Part shown: positions 11,222 through 21,086 of the stretch, in pieces
Layout of the letters: every line of letters begins with the position of its first letter
Numbering within the stretch: position 1 is the first letter of the stretch
Origin: Candidatus Saccharimonas aalborgensis
GTDB taxonomy: Bacteria; Patescibacteriota; Saccharimonadia; Saccharimonadales; Saccharimonadaceae
DNA: 32,000 nucleotides
Direction: 5' to 3'
Assembly: GCF_000392435.1 (NCBI RefSeq)
Contig: NC_021219.1
Location: 690,001-722,000, forward strand
Notes under the pieces: generated by a model
Databases searched by the model: none
Told to the model about the DNA's origin: nothing
What the model saw: only the letters and a program-made list of their open reading frames with translations
Made by a program: the position numbers and the translations under genes

Positions 11222-11683
11222 ATGACACGGTTACGACAGCAGGGTTCGGTTCTCGGATATGTGCTGGTGGGGGCGACATTAGTAGCATTATTAGTAGCGG
11301 GTATTTATTTTATCCGTCGAAATACCTCCGCGGCGGTAGTTGCGCAAAATACTAACCAAACAGCTTCGAGCGATCAATCTACCTCGACGGGTCAGGCATC
11401 TACAAACAGCGATAACCAAACAAATCAGACAACAGGCAATACCCAGAAGAGGGAGGAACAAAAAGCTCAGGATCAGAATGCCGCAGCTGCTGCTGAGAAC
11501 AAAACGAATTCACCCGCTACCGATTCATCACAGACCACAAGTGGGACGTCATCATACTCGAGCACAGGTGGTTCATCCTTGCCTCATACCGGCCCCGCGG
11601 AGGATATGTTTGCTGGCATTCTGGGTGCTGGGTTGTTAGCGGGTTCTGTGACGGCCTATCGACGTTCACGTGCCATACTCTAG
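11222..11683 (+). CDS. LPXTG-type cell-wall-anchored low-complexity surface protein
   Basis: N-terminal signal/TM segment (VLGYVLVGATLVALLVAGIYF), a long S/T/N/Q-rich region, then LPHTG, a hydrophobic stretch and the RRSR tail. I chose ATG 11222 (GAGAGG 5 nt upstream) over the ORF-track GTG 11216. Confidence 0.7.
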   Translation: MTRLRQQGSVLGYVLVGATLVALLVAGIYFIRRNTSAAVVAQNTNQTASSDQSTSTGQASTNSDNQTNQTTGNTQKREEQKAQDQNAAAAAENKTNSPATDSSQTTSGTSSYSSTGGSSLPHTGPAEDMFAGILGAGLLAGSVTAYRRSRAIL

Positions 11684-11783
11684 ACTGAGAGCGCTCACTA
11701 GTGTACAATAAGAGATGAGTCTTGGGCGAGCATTTTTTTGCGAGCACTAAGAAAATAATAGCAACTATAAGAGAGGAGTTTTG

Positions 11784-12905
11784 GTGAGTTCGTGCTCTTT
11801 TTATAGAGTGACGGATTTCATTGATAACTTATTTATGGCAACAAAAGCCACTATCACAATGGATGACCTGCTTGCGGGTGACAGCGTTAAACAACTTACT
11901 GCAGGTGAGGTAGTAATCGGACATGTTCTTACGGTCCGAAAACATGAAGTATTGATTGATCTTGGAGCACAGGGTGTCGGTTATGTGCCCCGCCGTGAAG
12001 TTGGATTTAGCCGTCAGTTGAATATCGGCGACGAAGTGACTGCCAGTGTGGTAGATGCGGAGTTGGACAACGGTTACAGCTTACTGAGTCTGAGGAAAGC
12101 TGCAAAGGATCGTGGCTGGGAAGAAGTTCAGGCAAAGATGGATGAGGGAGAGATCATCGAAGTAGCCCCTTACGATGCAAATCGCGGCGGTATGCTTGTC
12201 GAATACGAGGGCGTACGTGGTTTCTTGCCAGTATCGCAGCTTTCTGCTGAGCATTACCCACGCGTAGGAAGTGCCGACAAAGATGAGATCTTAGCTCGCC
12301 TTAATGCACTCGTTGGTCAATCTTTGAAAGTAAGGATTTTGGACTGCGATCGAAAAGTAAACAAACTCATTTTTAGCGAGAAAGAAGCGATTAAAGATGG
12401 GTTAGCAGCTCGATTTGAGAAGTTAAAGATTGGCGATACGGTTAATGGCGTGGTGACGGGTGTTGTAGATTTCGGAGCATTTGTGAATGTCGATGGCATT
12501 GAGGGGCTCGTGCATATTTCTGAGATCAGCTGGGAGCGTGTCAATAATCCAAGTGATTATGTGAAAGTTGGTCAGACAATCGAAGCTAAGATCATCTCAA
12601 TCGATAAAGAACGACTTAGCTTGAGCATGAAGCAGCTCACAAAGGACCCATGGCTTGATGAGGTTGAAAAATTCAAGAAGGGCGAAAAAGTAGAAGGAAC
12701 GGTCACGCGCATTACACCATTCGGCGCATTTGTGCAAATCAGTCCAGCAGTTGAAGCACTTGTCCATATCTCTGAACTAGGGAGTGGCAGTGATGTCGAC
12801 CCAGAAAAAGTCTTTACGCTCAATGAACGCAAAGAGTTTGTTATTCTTGATGTCGATAAGGAAAATCGCAAGATTTCACTGAGTCTCGCCGGTAAAAAGA
12901 AATAA
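11784..12905 (+). CDS. rpsA: 30S ribosomal protein S1 (four S1 domains)
   Basis: Four repeats of the S1 OB-fold pattern (G..v.G.V..v..fGafV.l.g..Gl.h.Se.s). The start is ambiguous: TTG 11781 (ORF track), GTG 11784 (5 nt after GAGAGGAG) or ATG 11835. Confidence 0.88.
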   Translation: MSSCSFYRVTDFIDNLFMATKATITMDDLLAGDSVKQLTAGEVVIGHVLTVRKHEVLIDLGAQGVGYVPRREVGFSRQLNIGDEVTASVVDAELDNGYSLLSLRKAAKDRGWEEVQAKMDEGEIIEVAPYDANRGGMLVEYEGVRGFLPVSQLSAEHYPRVGSADKDEILARLNALVGQSLKVRILDCDRKVNKLIFSEKEAIKDGLAARFEKLKIGDTVNGVVTGVVDFGAFVNVDGIEGLVHISEISWERVNNPSDYVKVGQTIEAKIISIDKERLSLSMKQLTKDPWLDEVEKFKKGEKVEGTVTRITPFGAFVQISPAVEALVHISELGSGSDVDPEKVFTLNERKEFVILDVDKENRKISLSLAGKKK

Positions 12906-12955
12906 GCTTACGCATATATAAAATAGTTTCTTTGATAGAGACGGAAAGGAGAGCC

Positions 12956-14734
12956 ATGAGCCAGCCAGAGAAGAAAACGCTCATTATCGCTGATTCAATC
13001 ACGGTAGGTGAGCTGGCCGAAACGCTTAATCTTCCCGTGACACAACTTGTCGGAGAACTGTTTAAAAACGGTATTGTGGCGACAATCAACCAGCGCATTG
13101 ATTTTGAGACCGCTACTATTATCGTGGGTGAGCTCGGTCTTGATGTGGAGCTGCAACGTAAACAGGTTGATACGACAGCAGTACAACGGCTTCATACTCC
13201 GTCGGAACGAGCTGTCGATCGACCACCAATCGTCGCAGTAATGGGCCACGTCGACCATGGAAAAACCTCATTGCTTGACGCGATTCTCAGCACTAAGACT
13301 GTCGCTGGTGAGGCTGGCGGGATAACGCAGCATATATCTGCGTATCAGACTGTGCGAAATAACCGACCTATTACCTTACTTGATACTCCAGGCCATGAAG
13401 CGTTTGCTGCACTTCGTCAGCATGGCGCAACACTTACAGATGTGGTGGTGATTGTAGTTGCGGCCGATGATGGAGTAAAACCACAAACAATCGAGGCAAT
13501 TCGATTTGCAAGAACTGCTAACGCAAAAATTGTTGTGGCGATAAACAAAATCGACAAAGAAGCTGCAAATGTCGATATGGTCAAGGCGCAGCTAGCAAGC
13601 GAACACCAACTTAACCCCGAAGAATGGGGCGGTGATACGGTGATGGTGCCAGTAAGTGCAAAAACGCGCGAGGGGCTGGATAAGCTTCTTGATATGGTAC
13701 TGTTGGTCGCGGATATGGAAGAACTACGAGCCGATGTTGATGTGCCGGCGGAAGGTCTTGTCATTGAAGCCCACATGGAAACAGGTCGCGGATCAGTAGT
13801 GGGTCTCTTGGTTGAACAGGGTATGCTGAAACCTGGACATTTCCTCGTTGCAGGAATCTCTTATGGAAAAGTCAGGACTCTGCTTGATTTTGCAGGGAAA
13901 CCACTGAAGTCAGCGGGTCCATCGACGCCCGTGACAGTCACCGGGTTCAAAGTGTTACCACAATTTGGTGATGTGTTCACCACTGTAAAAAACGAACGTG
14001 AAGCGAGGCTGCTCGTCGAGAGAGCGCGCCAAGAGGCCGAAAAGTTTGCCGCCAGTACAAACGTAACTGGTGCTGATCTCCTAAAACTTATGACACAAAA
14101 GCACGACACCCAAGAGCTGAATGTTATCGTGAAAGCTGACGTGCAGGGTTCGCTGACGTCAGTAATGGATAGCCTACGTATGGTAGACACGGGTGGTGAA
14201 GTGAATCTAAGAATTATCGGTAGTGGGGTGGGTAATATCACCGAGAACGATGTTCGACTTGCGGGTAGTTCAAGTGCTATTATCTACGGATTTAATATCG
14301 AGTTGCCGCCTGCAGTGAAGCGACTTGCCGCAAGAGATAAAGTAGAGGTGAGACTCTATAAGGTGATCTATGAGCTCCTTGATGATGCGCGAAACACTAT
14401 AGAAAGACTACTTGTGCCTGAAGTTGTTGAGACAGAAGTTGGTACGATGACACTGAAGGGTATATTTAGGACCGTAAGAGACGAAGTGATATGTGGCGGT
14501 GAAGTAACACATGGTAAAGTGACTACCGGCTTGCTTGTCCGCGCAAAGCATGCAGGTGATCAGCTCGCCGAAGTCGAAGTAGTGAGTGTGCAGCGACAGC
14601 AACAAGAAGCCAAAGAGGTGTTTGAGGGTGAAATGTGCGGGTTGAGTCTCAAGACTCACAAAAAACTCTCACTTGAGATCGGTGATACACTTGAGTTCTT
14701 TACCCGCGAACTCGTAAAACGTACCCTCAAATAG
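12956..14734 (+). CDS. infB: Translation initiation factor IF-2 (short form, 592 aa)
   Basis: G-domain motifs GHVDHGKTSLLD, DTPGHEAF and NKID, followed by the IF-2 domains. I chose ATG 12956 (AAGGAG 5 nt upstream) over TTG 12932. Confidence 0.95.
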   Translation: MSQPEKKTLIIADSITVGELAETLNLPVTQLVGELFKNGIVATINQRIDFETATIIVGELGLDVELQRKQVDTTAVQRLHTPSERAVDRPPIVAVMGHVDHGKTSLLDAILSTKTVAGEAGGITQHISAYQTVRNNRPITLLDTPGHEAFAALRQHGATLTDVVVIVVAADDGVKPQTIEAIRFARTANAKIVVAINKIDKEAANVDMVKAQLASEHQLNPEEWGGDTVMVPVSAKTREGLDKLLDMVLLVADMEELRADVDVPAEGLVIEAHMETGRGSVVGLLVEQGMLKPGHFLVAGISYGKVRTLLDFAGKPLKSAGPSTPVTVTGFKVLPQFGDVFTTVKNEREARLLVERARQEAEKFAASTNVTGADLLKLMTQKHDTQELNVIVKADVQGSLTSVMDSLRMVDTGGEVNLRIIGSGVGNITENDVRLAGSSSAIIYGFNIELPPAVKRLAARDKVEVRLYKVIYELLDDARNTIERLLVPEVVETEVGTMTLKGIFRTVRDEVICGGEVTHGKVTTGLLVRAKHAGDQLAEVEVVSVQRQQQEAKEVFEGEMCGLSLKTHKKLSLEIGDTLEFFTRELVKRTLK

Positions 14735-14768
14735 GGTACGTTTCTACGGAAAGACTTAGAGGGCTTCT

Positions 14769-15080
14769 CTATTGTATGTTGTCTGCATTGGCGGCTATTT
14801 CACCCATAAGAATATCATATTCATCCTGAGCGATCTCTTGGAGATCAGAGACGTTTGCAACAAGCCAGTCTTGTACGGCCTGCGTGTTTCCAGACTCCTG
14901 GACATCTACTAATTCTTTTAGCTGATTATCATCGAGAATATTGGTTACTTCTGTGCCAATGCGTTCTTGAAGTGTGCTATTGAATTGCTCGATCAGGGTA
15001 TCCGCATTCGCGTCGGCAAGCTGAATACCGATGAGCGCCAGAGATTCGCGGGTAATAAGGGGGGGTTGTTGCTGGTTCAT
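14769..15080 (-). CDS. Small acidic helical protein, paralogue A of a three-member family in this window
   Basis: 103 aa and strongly acidic. It aligns by eye with the 21444 ORF (..G(I/L)..L...(I/L)(E/D).F...L..R(I/V)GT......L.D.QL.E......V..W(L/I)...V...QE). Confidence 0.65.
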   Translation of the reverse strand: MNQQQPPLITRESLALIGIQLADANADTLIEQFNSTLQERIGTEVTNILDDNQLKELVDVQESGNTQAVQDWLVANVSDLQEIAQDEYDILMGEIAANADNIQ

Positions 15081-15139
15081 ATTATTTTTTATCTACCTTC
15101 TGTTCTTATTGGGCTACTACTGTCGTTTTATTATACTTG

Positions 15140-15976
15140 TTAGAAACGATTTTGTTCACGGTGAGTGTCACGGGTGGTAACAAATGCTTCCTTTGCGGCG
15201 GTCGTTGAGGCACGTAACTCATGATAGCGGGCTTGACCGCGGGCCATTGCTACTCGACCAAGGATACGCGCGCGTCTAGCCGCCGCTTTTGATTTTTCAT
15301 GGGTATCGCCTGCAAATGACTCAACACTCTTTCGTGCGGAACGTGCGCTTTCAATAACATTTCGTTTCATAGTCATCCATTTCGCATGTCGACCCCATCT
15401 TCGTGTCTCAGCCTCATTTGCGCGTTTTTCTAAGCGTTTACGAAAGTTTGCCATCGCCTCTTTAGAGGCACCCGCAACATCAGAAACGTACTCAGCACCC
15501 TTATTGATCTTGTTGCCAACTTTTTCGCTGCCATCGGCCACCCACTGACCGGCACGGTCAAGTAAGTTGCCAGTTTTTTTAGTAGCATCGGTTACGTTCT
15601 CCTTTGCAGAGTTGAGTGCTTCATAAACAACGTCCCTAGAAAAGCCAACATTACTTTTGATATCATTTTTGACAGATTCCACGCCTCTCGTACCCACTTT
15701 TCCCGCACCCTCAACAGCAATAACGGTCAATCCGAGCACTCCTCGGCCGATATTACCTAGTATTGCTTTACCGCGCTCAAGTCGTTCACGACCCGCAAGT
15801 AGCTTACTGTCAACAAATGAGGCGACTCGCTCAGATGCTTGTGCGGCGTTAAGGCCAAAGTCACGGATACGATCTCCGGTGCTGGTTGTGGGAGCTTCGT
15901 GTCGGCCAGTGTATTCTTCATCGGCTGGCTTGCTCTCTTCGGGAGCGGCGTGTCGAGGCTGGTAGGTTTCTTTCAT
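15140..15976 (-). CDS. Hypothetical membrane-associated protein with long charged amphipathic-helix region
   Basis: 278 aa: a disordered acidic N-terminus, one hydrophobic segment (AILGNIGRGVLGLTVIAVEGAG), then about 180 aa of K/E/A/R-rich helical sequence. AAGGA lies 8 nt upstream of the ATG. Confidence 0.6.
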   Translation of the reverse strand: MKETYQPRHAAPEESKPADEEYTGRHEAPTTSTGDRIRDFGLNAAQASERVASFVDSKLLAGRERLERGKAILGNIGRGVLGLTVIAVEGAGKVGTRGVESVKNDIKSNVGFSRDVVYEALNSAKENVTDATKKTGNLLDRAGQWVADGSEKVGNKINKGAEYVSDVAGASKEAMANFRKRLEKRANEAETRRWGRHAKWMTMKRNVIESARSARKSVESFAGDTHEKSKAAARRARILGRVAMARGQARYHELRASTTAAKEAFVTTRDTHREQNRF

Positions 15977-16191
15977 GAGGGATTTCCTTTTTTGATTTTT
16001 ATATGTTTATATTATCATTATAAGCATAAATAGTATAAAAAGTCAATACAATTAACACAATAAAAATGACAAATAGCAACTCATCACGGGAGAGAAATAG
16101 TATTGCGCTTGTGGTAAACCCTGTGTTACCATAACCAAGTAAGTAATATACATCAAAATATAGAGAAAAAATGACAAGAGGATAGGTCGCC

Positions 16192-16503
16192 ATGCAACAA
16201 GATCCGATGAATGATTTTATCAATGATATGCTTGATAAGAAGCAGCTCCCGGGGCTTGAGGAAGAGGGGGTCCGAGAGACCGTCATTGATGATATTCGGA
16301 CACGACTCTTGAACCAGATTGACAGAGCAATCCTTGAGGCGATGCCAGAAGATAAAATGGATGCACTTAACTCCCTGCTCGATAGCGGTGCGTCAGATGA
16401 AGAAGTCCAACGACTTGTTGGTGAGTCCGGGGTTGACATTCAGAAAGTGACACTGCAAACAATGTTGCGTTTTCGTGATCTCTATTTAGGAGAGGAAGCG
16501 TAG
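16192..16503 (+). CDS. Small acidic helical protein, paralogue B (divergent)
   Basis: 103 aa and acidic, with the same length and heptad-like pattern as paralogue A. AGAGGA SD upstream. The stop lies 9 nt before the giant ORF. Confidence 0.65.
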   Translation: MQQDPMNDFINDMLDKKQLPGLEEEGVRETVIDDIRTRLLNQIDRAILEAMPEDKMDALNSLLDSGASDEEVQRLVGESGVDIQKVTLQTMLRFRDLYLGEEA

Positions 16504-16512
16504 TAGAGAAGT

Positions 16513-19500
16513 ATGTCTGAGCGACAGGCGCGGCACGATACGTATACTGCTGAAGCGCAAGCAGAGCGTGCGAAGTATCTGACAATGACTAATAAAGAGA
16601 TTGCTGGTGAAGTGAGCGATCTTATTAATGGGCAACTTCACGTGGCAAGTAACGATCGTGTCCAGTATGCGGCTGGGACAACAGCCGCGCACGAGGGAAG
16701 GGCAGGAGAAAGAGTTGGCGGGCGGTTTGTGAGTCAGTCGCAACTCGAAGACATCGCTGCGTTCGCAGATCAAATCCGCGATGGCTTAGCGGATCGTAAT
16801 GAGCCGGGTACCGTCGTAGATGACCATACCGGCGACGATGTAGACCAAGATGCCTACATGCAACGGCATGATGCGCACACGCATGAAGATGAGGCTCCCG
16901 CAGAGGGACCAGATATGCCAGATGATGAGACATCGGATGAGCCGACGACTGATATTTCGCCGTCCACAGAGCCAGAGATGCCTATCGCACGCGAGGACGC
17001 AGCCGATGAGCCAAAAGCGCCTTCTGAACTAAAGCTCTCTTTTGTGGATCAGTCAGTGGATGCAGAAGACGCAGCTCGTTATGCAGCAGAAGCCCGCTTG
17101 ACAGAAGAATTAAATGCTCCTGGCGGCAAAATCAAGAGGTTTTTGAGGAATGCCTGGAAGGGAAGTCTTGCACGTGAATTCTATATCTTAAAGTATAAGA
17201 AACATGCACTTGAGCGCATCAGTGAGGGGCAGGATATCAACCTACTGAACGACGGGTACACTAGTGACCAGCGTGTCGATGCGCAGATGGCACTTGTTGA
17301 TCGATTTAGTTCAGAATATGATGAATCGGTCCATACTACGGCAGGTGAACAACGAAAAGAACTCGCTCCAGATACTGAGTTTGCCGTAGCCACAAAAGAT
17401 CTTATTCGCAGATATGTATCTGGTGAAATCACAGATGCAACTGCACTTCGTGAGGAGCGTGGTCGCTTGCTCGAACGGTTTGGCGGACAACAAAACGGTC
17501 CTCTCATTGGGGAAGGCAAAGTTCGTGTCGATAATCTACTCGCGATAGCGGAAGCTGTCAAAGGTATGGTAGCGCATGGTGAGAGCATCGAACAAGTACT
17601 TGAAGGCATGAAGATTTACTCTGGTGAAGCACGAGAGAGTGCGCGTTACAAAGTGGACTATGGCAAAATTGACTCAGTCATGGAAAAGATGCAGCAGTCA
17701 AAGATCGGATCGCTCGTTGGACCCGAAACAGTCGGTATTGCCGCTGCGCTTGCTCTCACTATTAGTAGGGTGGGTCGTGGAACGGTCCTGAAAGCGACCG
17801 GCGTAACACTCATTCCAGGAGTGATGGGGGGAACACTCGGTGCGCTCAGGGAAAATAAACGCGTCAAAGAAGAGCGAACGCAGCATACGCGTGAGGTAAC
17901 TCAAGGGAGAGATTTCGTTAACGGCAAGCGTCGTGCTGAGATGCAAGAAACAATGTATGAGACGGTTAGCGCGCAGCAAACGACCGATGAGCTAAATCGG
18001 CTGATGGAGGGTGGCCTCGATACTCCCGAAAAAGTCAGGGCTATGTATGAAGCACTTGCTGGCGTGCAGGCGCGGGTTGACATATCTGATGCGAAAGGGA
18101 GTGAGCTATTCTCTTACTCACAGGGGCAGAGATCGGTTGAGATGGGGCTACTCGATATTGCTCGTGGGCGTGCCAAGAAAGCACTCGAAGGTCATTTGGC
18201 TGATCTTGATCCTGCATATCGTTCTTCACTCGGAATGACCGATAGTGATACCGTAAATCAGGCATTGCAACGCTGCGTGAGCGCGGTAGAGTCGATCCAG
18301 CAAGATATGAGCGCAAAAGATAAGGCATTTCAACGCCTTAAGGCTCGTCGAGTTGCTACGGCGGCTGCCCAGGGCGTTATTGTTAGCTCATTGTTTAGCG
18401 TTGGCGTACAAGAAGGAGTTGCATTTGCTAACCCCTCATATGATGGTCTCATTGAGCATATGGTGCATGGGGGTGCACCATCTCCTGATGGAACGCAGAC
18501 AGTACTTGAAGGGTGGTTTCATGGTCAAACTGGAGCTGGGACAAGCGCGAATGTTATCGCGCCAAGTAGTACCTATAATCAACTAAACCTCGGTACGCAC
18601 AGTGGTGCACTTGAGCTGCCATCGAACTATACAATGTCAACTAATCCAAATGGTTCGCTCTTTATTACTGACCCGACAGGAGCAAAAATAGCAGACAATC
18701 TCACGACCAATCCCAACGGTACGTTCACCACTGCTTCCCTAGCTGACTTGCAGCACGCAAATATTAGCGTTGTGGATACTACAAGTACCGTCAATACGCC
18801 CCATAGCGTTACGCAGCAAGTGACAGCAAAGCAATTTTTGGTAAATCATCCAGGTGTCGGGACACCGGCCGGACGAGATTTTTGGTATGACAACAATACT
18901 CCGGCACCAAAGTTTGACAAAAATGAACTTGGTCTTCACTGGGGTGGAGCAAATAGTACGGGCGTAACAACTAACGGTACTGTCCAAATGAGTGTCGCCA
19001 CAATGACAGGAAACGGATCTTTCCATGGTCTCGAACACACAAACTGGGCGACTGAGGCTGACCAGGGGCATCTCAAACTAGCAGTTTCATTGTCGAGGGA
19101 TACACAGGCCATGCCGATTATCTTGGATGTTCATGCGCACGATGGGGTAATCGACATCCCAACCGACCCAAGCGTCATGCCACCGGGAATCTTTACGATC
19201 GAGAATGGCCATGCAGTCTTTCATGGTGCCTATGCTGAGGTGGTGCAGACAAATGGTATGAGCCAAAACGGAGAGCTTCACATCCGTCCACTCGCAACGA
19301 TTACTGGGCATAACACGCTACATTCAATGGCAGATACAGTCACGACACACGAAAAGCAAGTAGTACCGCATTATAAGCTGACTCCCCCTGTTCATGAGGG
19401 TATCGATCGTGTCGTTGAGCCCATCGTGATGCCACCACTGGTACTTCGCCGGCCGCTTGAAGCGCTTGTTAAGCGCCGCAACGGAGATCCAGGCCCGTAT

Positions 19501-21045
19501 GGCTATGGTGGTGGGGCCAGCGGAGAATATGGACACCGCCAACTCTCTCTAGAGGCTATTGAGCAGATGCGGTCCGAGCGTTCACCAAGTTTACTTACCG
19601 ACTCTTCCGCCGATCTAAATCCAAAACATGAACTTGATTGGTATAGATCAGAGCTGGAGAGGAGGCGGGGAGCGGATGGGTTGAGAAAGATAGTTGATTT
19701 TGTAAAGAATACGCCGGAACTGGCAACTCTTTCACCAGAGACAAAATCGATAGTCGTTTTACCCGTTGGAGCAGCATTTGAGTCAGAGAATATCTATAAA
19801 GTGCTCTCTCTTTATGCTCAGCAAGATCCCCCTTCACTTGAGAAAACGACATTCCTTCTCAATGTAAACTGGCTCGATGTAGCAAAGGGTGATCCAAAGC
19901 AGGCTCAAGCAATCGCTAAAACACTTGCTGAGATTGAACGTGCTCGTCTTAACTTTCCTCAGCTTAAGCTGGCTGTTATTCAAAACGAATACAATAAGGA
20001 TACAGTTGAAGCGACCGGTGGCGTAATCGGTTATGTTGCCGCAGATATGGTTGATACTGCACTTATGGCATTACAGGTGGCCATGGAAGATGGTAGAATG
20101 AACGGCGATCATGAGGTCGGCATACAACGTAACGACGTTGACACGCTGGGCATATCTCGACACTACTTGAGTAGATATCAAGAGGCACTTGACCAGAATC
20201 CACAATCAGACGTGTTTAGGGGTATGACAAGATTTGATGCGAGGTCTGCCGAACGTTATCCAGGATGGGGAATTGTCAATGACCTTAATTTGATATTAAC
20301 GACACAACACTATTCCCATGGAGGAGCAAATACCGATGGACCGAATTTTTATGTACGTGCTTCAGCGATGGCTGCAATAGGTGGACTTGGTGATGTATCA
20401 CGTTGGAGTGGCGCGGGCTCTGACGATAGTAATGTGGGGATACGGGTTACCCACGCAAGAGGTGGAACTGGCGGTGTGGGCTATAGTGGTGTGAGCGGTT
20501 CAACCGGTGCTTTAGTAACATCTAGTGGTGGAGACAGAAGAGTAGGTAAGTATGTTGCTGGCGCAAATATCGATGTAAACGCTGATCGCTTAATACCACT
20601 CTATCTGGGTGGGGCATGGTGGGGTTCGGCGTGGCGTTCTGATGATGAAGGAGCATATCACAAGGGACCGGGAGGTTACGCAGCGAGAGATGCGAATAAG
20701 ATGAATATCAAAAAAGAGAGATTTGACGGGTCTAAAGATACTGAAGCATTTCAGCGATTACAAACCGCTATTACCTATGAGGTTGGACGTTTGGACGAAA
20801 CGACACGTCAACGACTGCTTGCGCGTTTCTTTCGCAATGCTCCTGCAGGATCGTATATCATCAAGCCTTTGCCGTCGGGTGGTGTAACGTTTGAATTTAC
20901 AAAAGTAGGGCGCGAGTTTGTTAGTCAGCAGATGAAATATGATTCACAAGGTCGTCGACGCAGCTATGGGGAGCGTAAGACCCACGGTCTCTATGGACGG
21001 ACACCACTGAATAAGGAACCTGCGCTTGTTGCGCCAATTCGATAG
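16513..21045 (+). CDS. Giant (1,510 aa) multi-domain membrane protein with C-terminal GT-A/GT2-like glycosyltransferase motifs
   Basis: Uninterrupted 4.5-kb ORF. It has an acidic, disordered N-terminus. Hydrophobic segments lie at about aa 398-447 (two helices) and about aa 614-640. The region at aa 650-1000 is N/T/G-rich. A Gly/Tyr linker follows, and then the motifs SIVVLPVGAAFESENIYKVLSLY, NDVD, GPNFYVRASAMAAIGG and GSDDSNVGIRV..RG. Confidence 0.8.
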   Translation: MSERQARHDTYTAEAQAERAKYLTMTNKEIAGEVSDLINGQLHVASNDRVQYAAGTTAAHEGRAGERVGGRFVSQSQLEDIAAFADQIRDGLADRNEPGTVVDDHTGDDVDQDAYMQRHDAHTHEDEAPAEGPDMPDDETSDEPTTDISPSTEPEMPIAREDAADEPKAPSELKLSFVDQSVDAEDAARYAAEARLTEELNAPGGKIKRFLRNAWKGSLAREFYILKYKKHALERISEGQDINLLNDGYTSDQRVDAQMALVDRFSSEYDESVHTTAGEQRKELAPDTEFAVATKDLIRRYVSGEITDATALREERGRLLERFGGQQNGPLIGEGKVRVDNLLAIAEAVKGMVAHGESIEQVLEGMKIYSGEARESARYKVDYGKIDSVMEKMQQSKIGSLVGPETVGIAAALALTISRVGRGTVLKATGVTLIPGVMGGTLGALRENKRVKEERTQHTREVTQGRDFVNGKRRAEMQETMYETVSAQQTTDELNRLMEGGLDTPEKVRAMYEALAGVQARVDISDAKGSELFSYSQGQRSVEMGLLDIARGRAKKALEGHLADLDPAYRSSLGMTDSDTVNQALQRCVSAVESIQQDMSAKDKAFQRLKARRVATAAAQGVIVSSLFSVGVQEGVAFANPSYDGLIEHMVHGGAPSPDGTQTVLEGWFHGQTGAGTSANVIAPSSTYNQLNLGTHSGALELPSNYTMSTNPNGSLFITDPTGAKIADNLTTNPNGTFTTASLADLQHANISVVDTTSTVNTPHSVTQQVTAKQFLVNHPGVGTPAGRDFWYDNNTPAPKFDKNELGLHWGGANSTGVTTNGTVQMSVATMTGNGSFHGLEHTNWATEADQGHLKLAVSLSRDTQAMPIILDVHAHDGVIDIPTDPSVMPPGIFTIENGHAVFHGAYAEVVQTNGMSQNGELHIRPLATITGHNTLHSMADTVTTHEKQVVPHYKLTPPVHEGIDRVVEPIVMPPLVLRRPLEALVKRRNGDPGPYGYGGGASGEYGHRQLSLEAIEQMRSERSPSLLTDSSADLNPKHELDWYRSELERRRGADGLRKIVDFVKNTPELATLSPETKSIVVLPVGAAFESENIYKVLSLYAQQDPPSLEKTTFLLNVNWLDVAKGDPKQAQAIAKTLAEIERARLNFPQLKLAVIQNEYNKDTVEATGGVIGYVAADMVDTALMALQVAMEDGRMNGDHEVGIQRNDVDTLGISRHYLSRYQEALDQNPQSDVFRGMTRFDARSAERYPGWGIVNDLNLILTTQHYSHGGANTDGPNFYVRASAMAAIGGLGDVSRWSGAGSDDSNVGIRVTHARGGTGGVGYSGVSGSTGALVTSSGGDRRVGKYVAGANIDVNADRLIPLYLGGAWWGSAWRSDDEGAYHKGPGGYAARDANKMNIKKERFDGSKDTEAFQRLQTAITYEVGRLDETTRQRLLARFFRNAPAGSYIIKPLPSGGVTFEFTKVGREFVSQQMKYDSQGRRRSYGERKTHGLYGRTPLNKEPALVAPIR

Positions 21046-21086
21046 GTGTATCATAAGGATAAGAAGTATAAAAGGGAAGGTTAGTG

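Noticed and set aside
15999-16439. 146-aa minus-strand ORF in the divergent intergenic region
   Set aside because: Half of it is antisense to the well-supported acidic paralogue B gene. The rest is AT-rich promoter DNA, and the translation is low-complexity Ser/Ile-rich.
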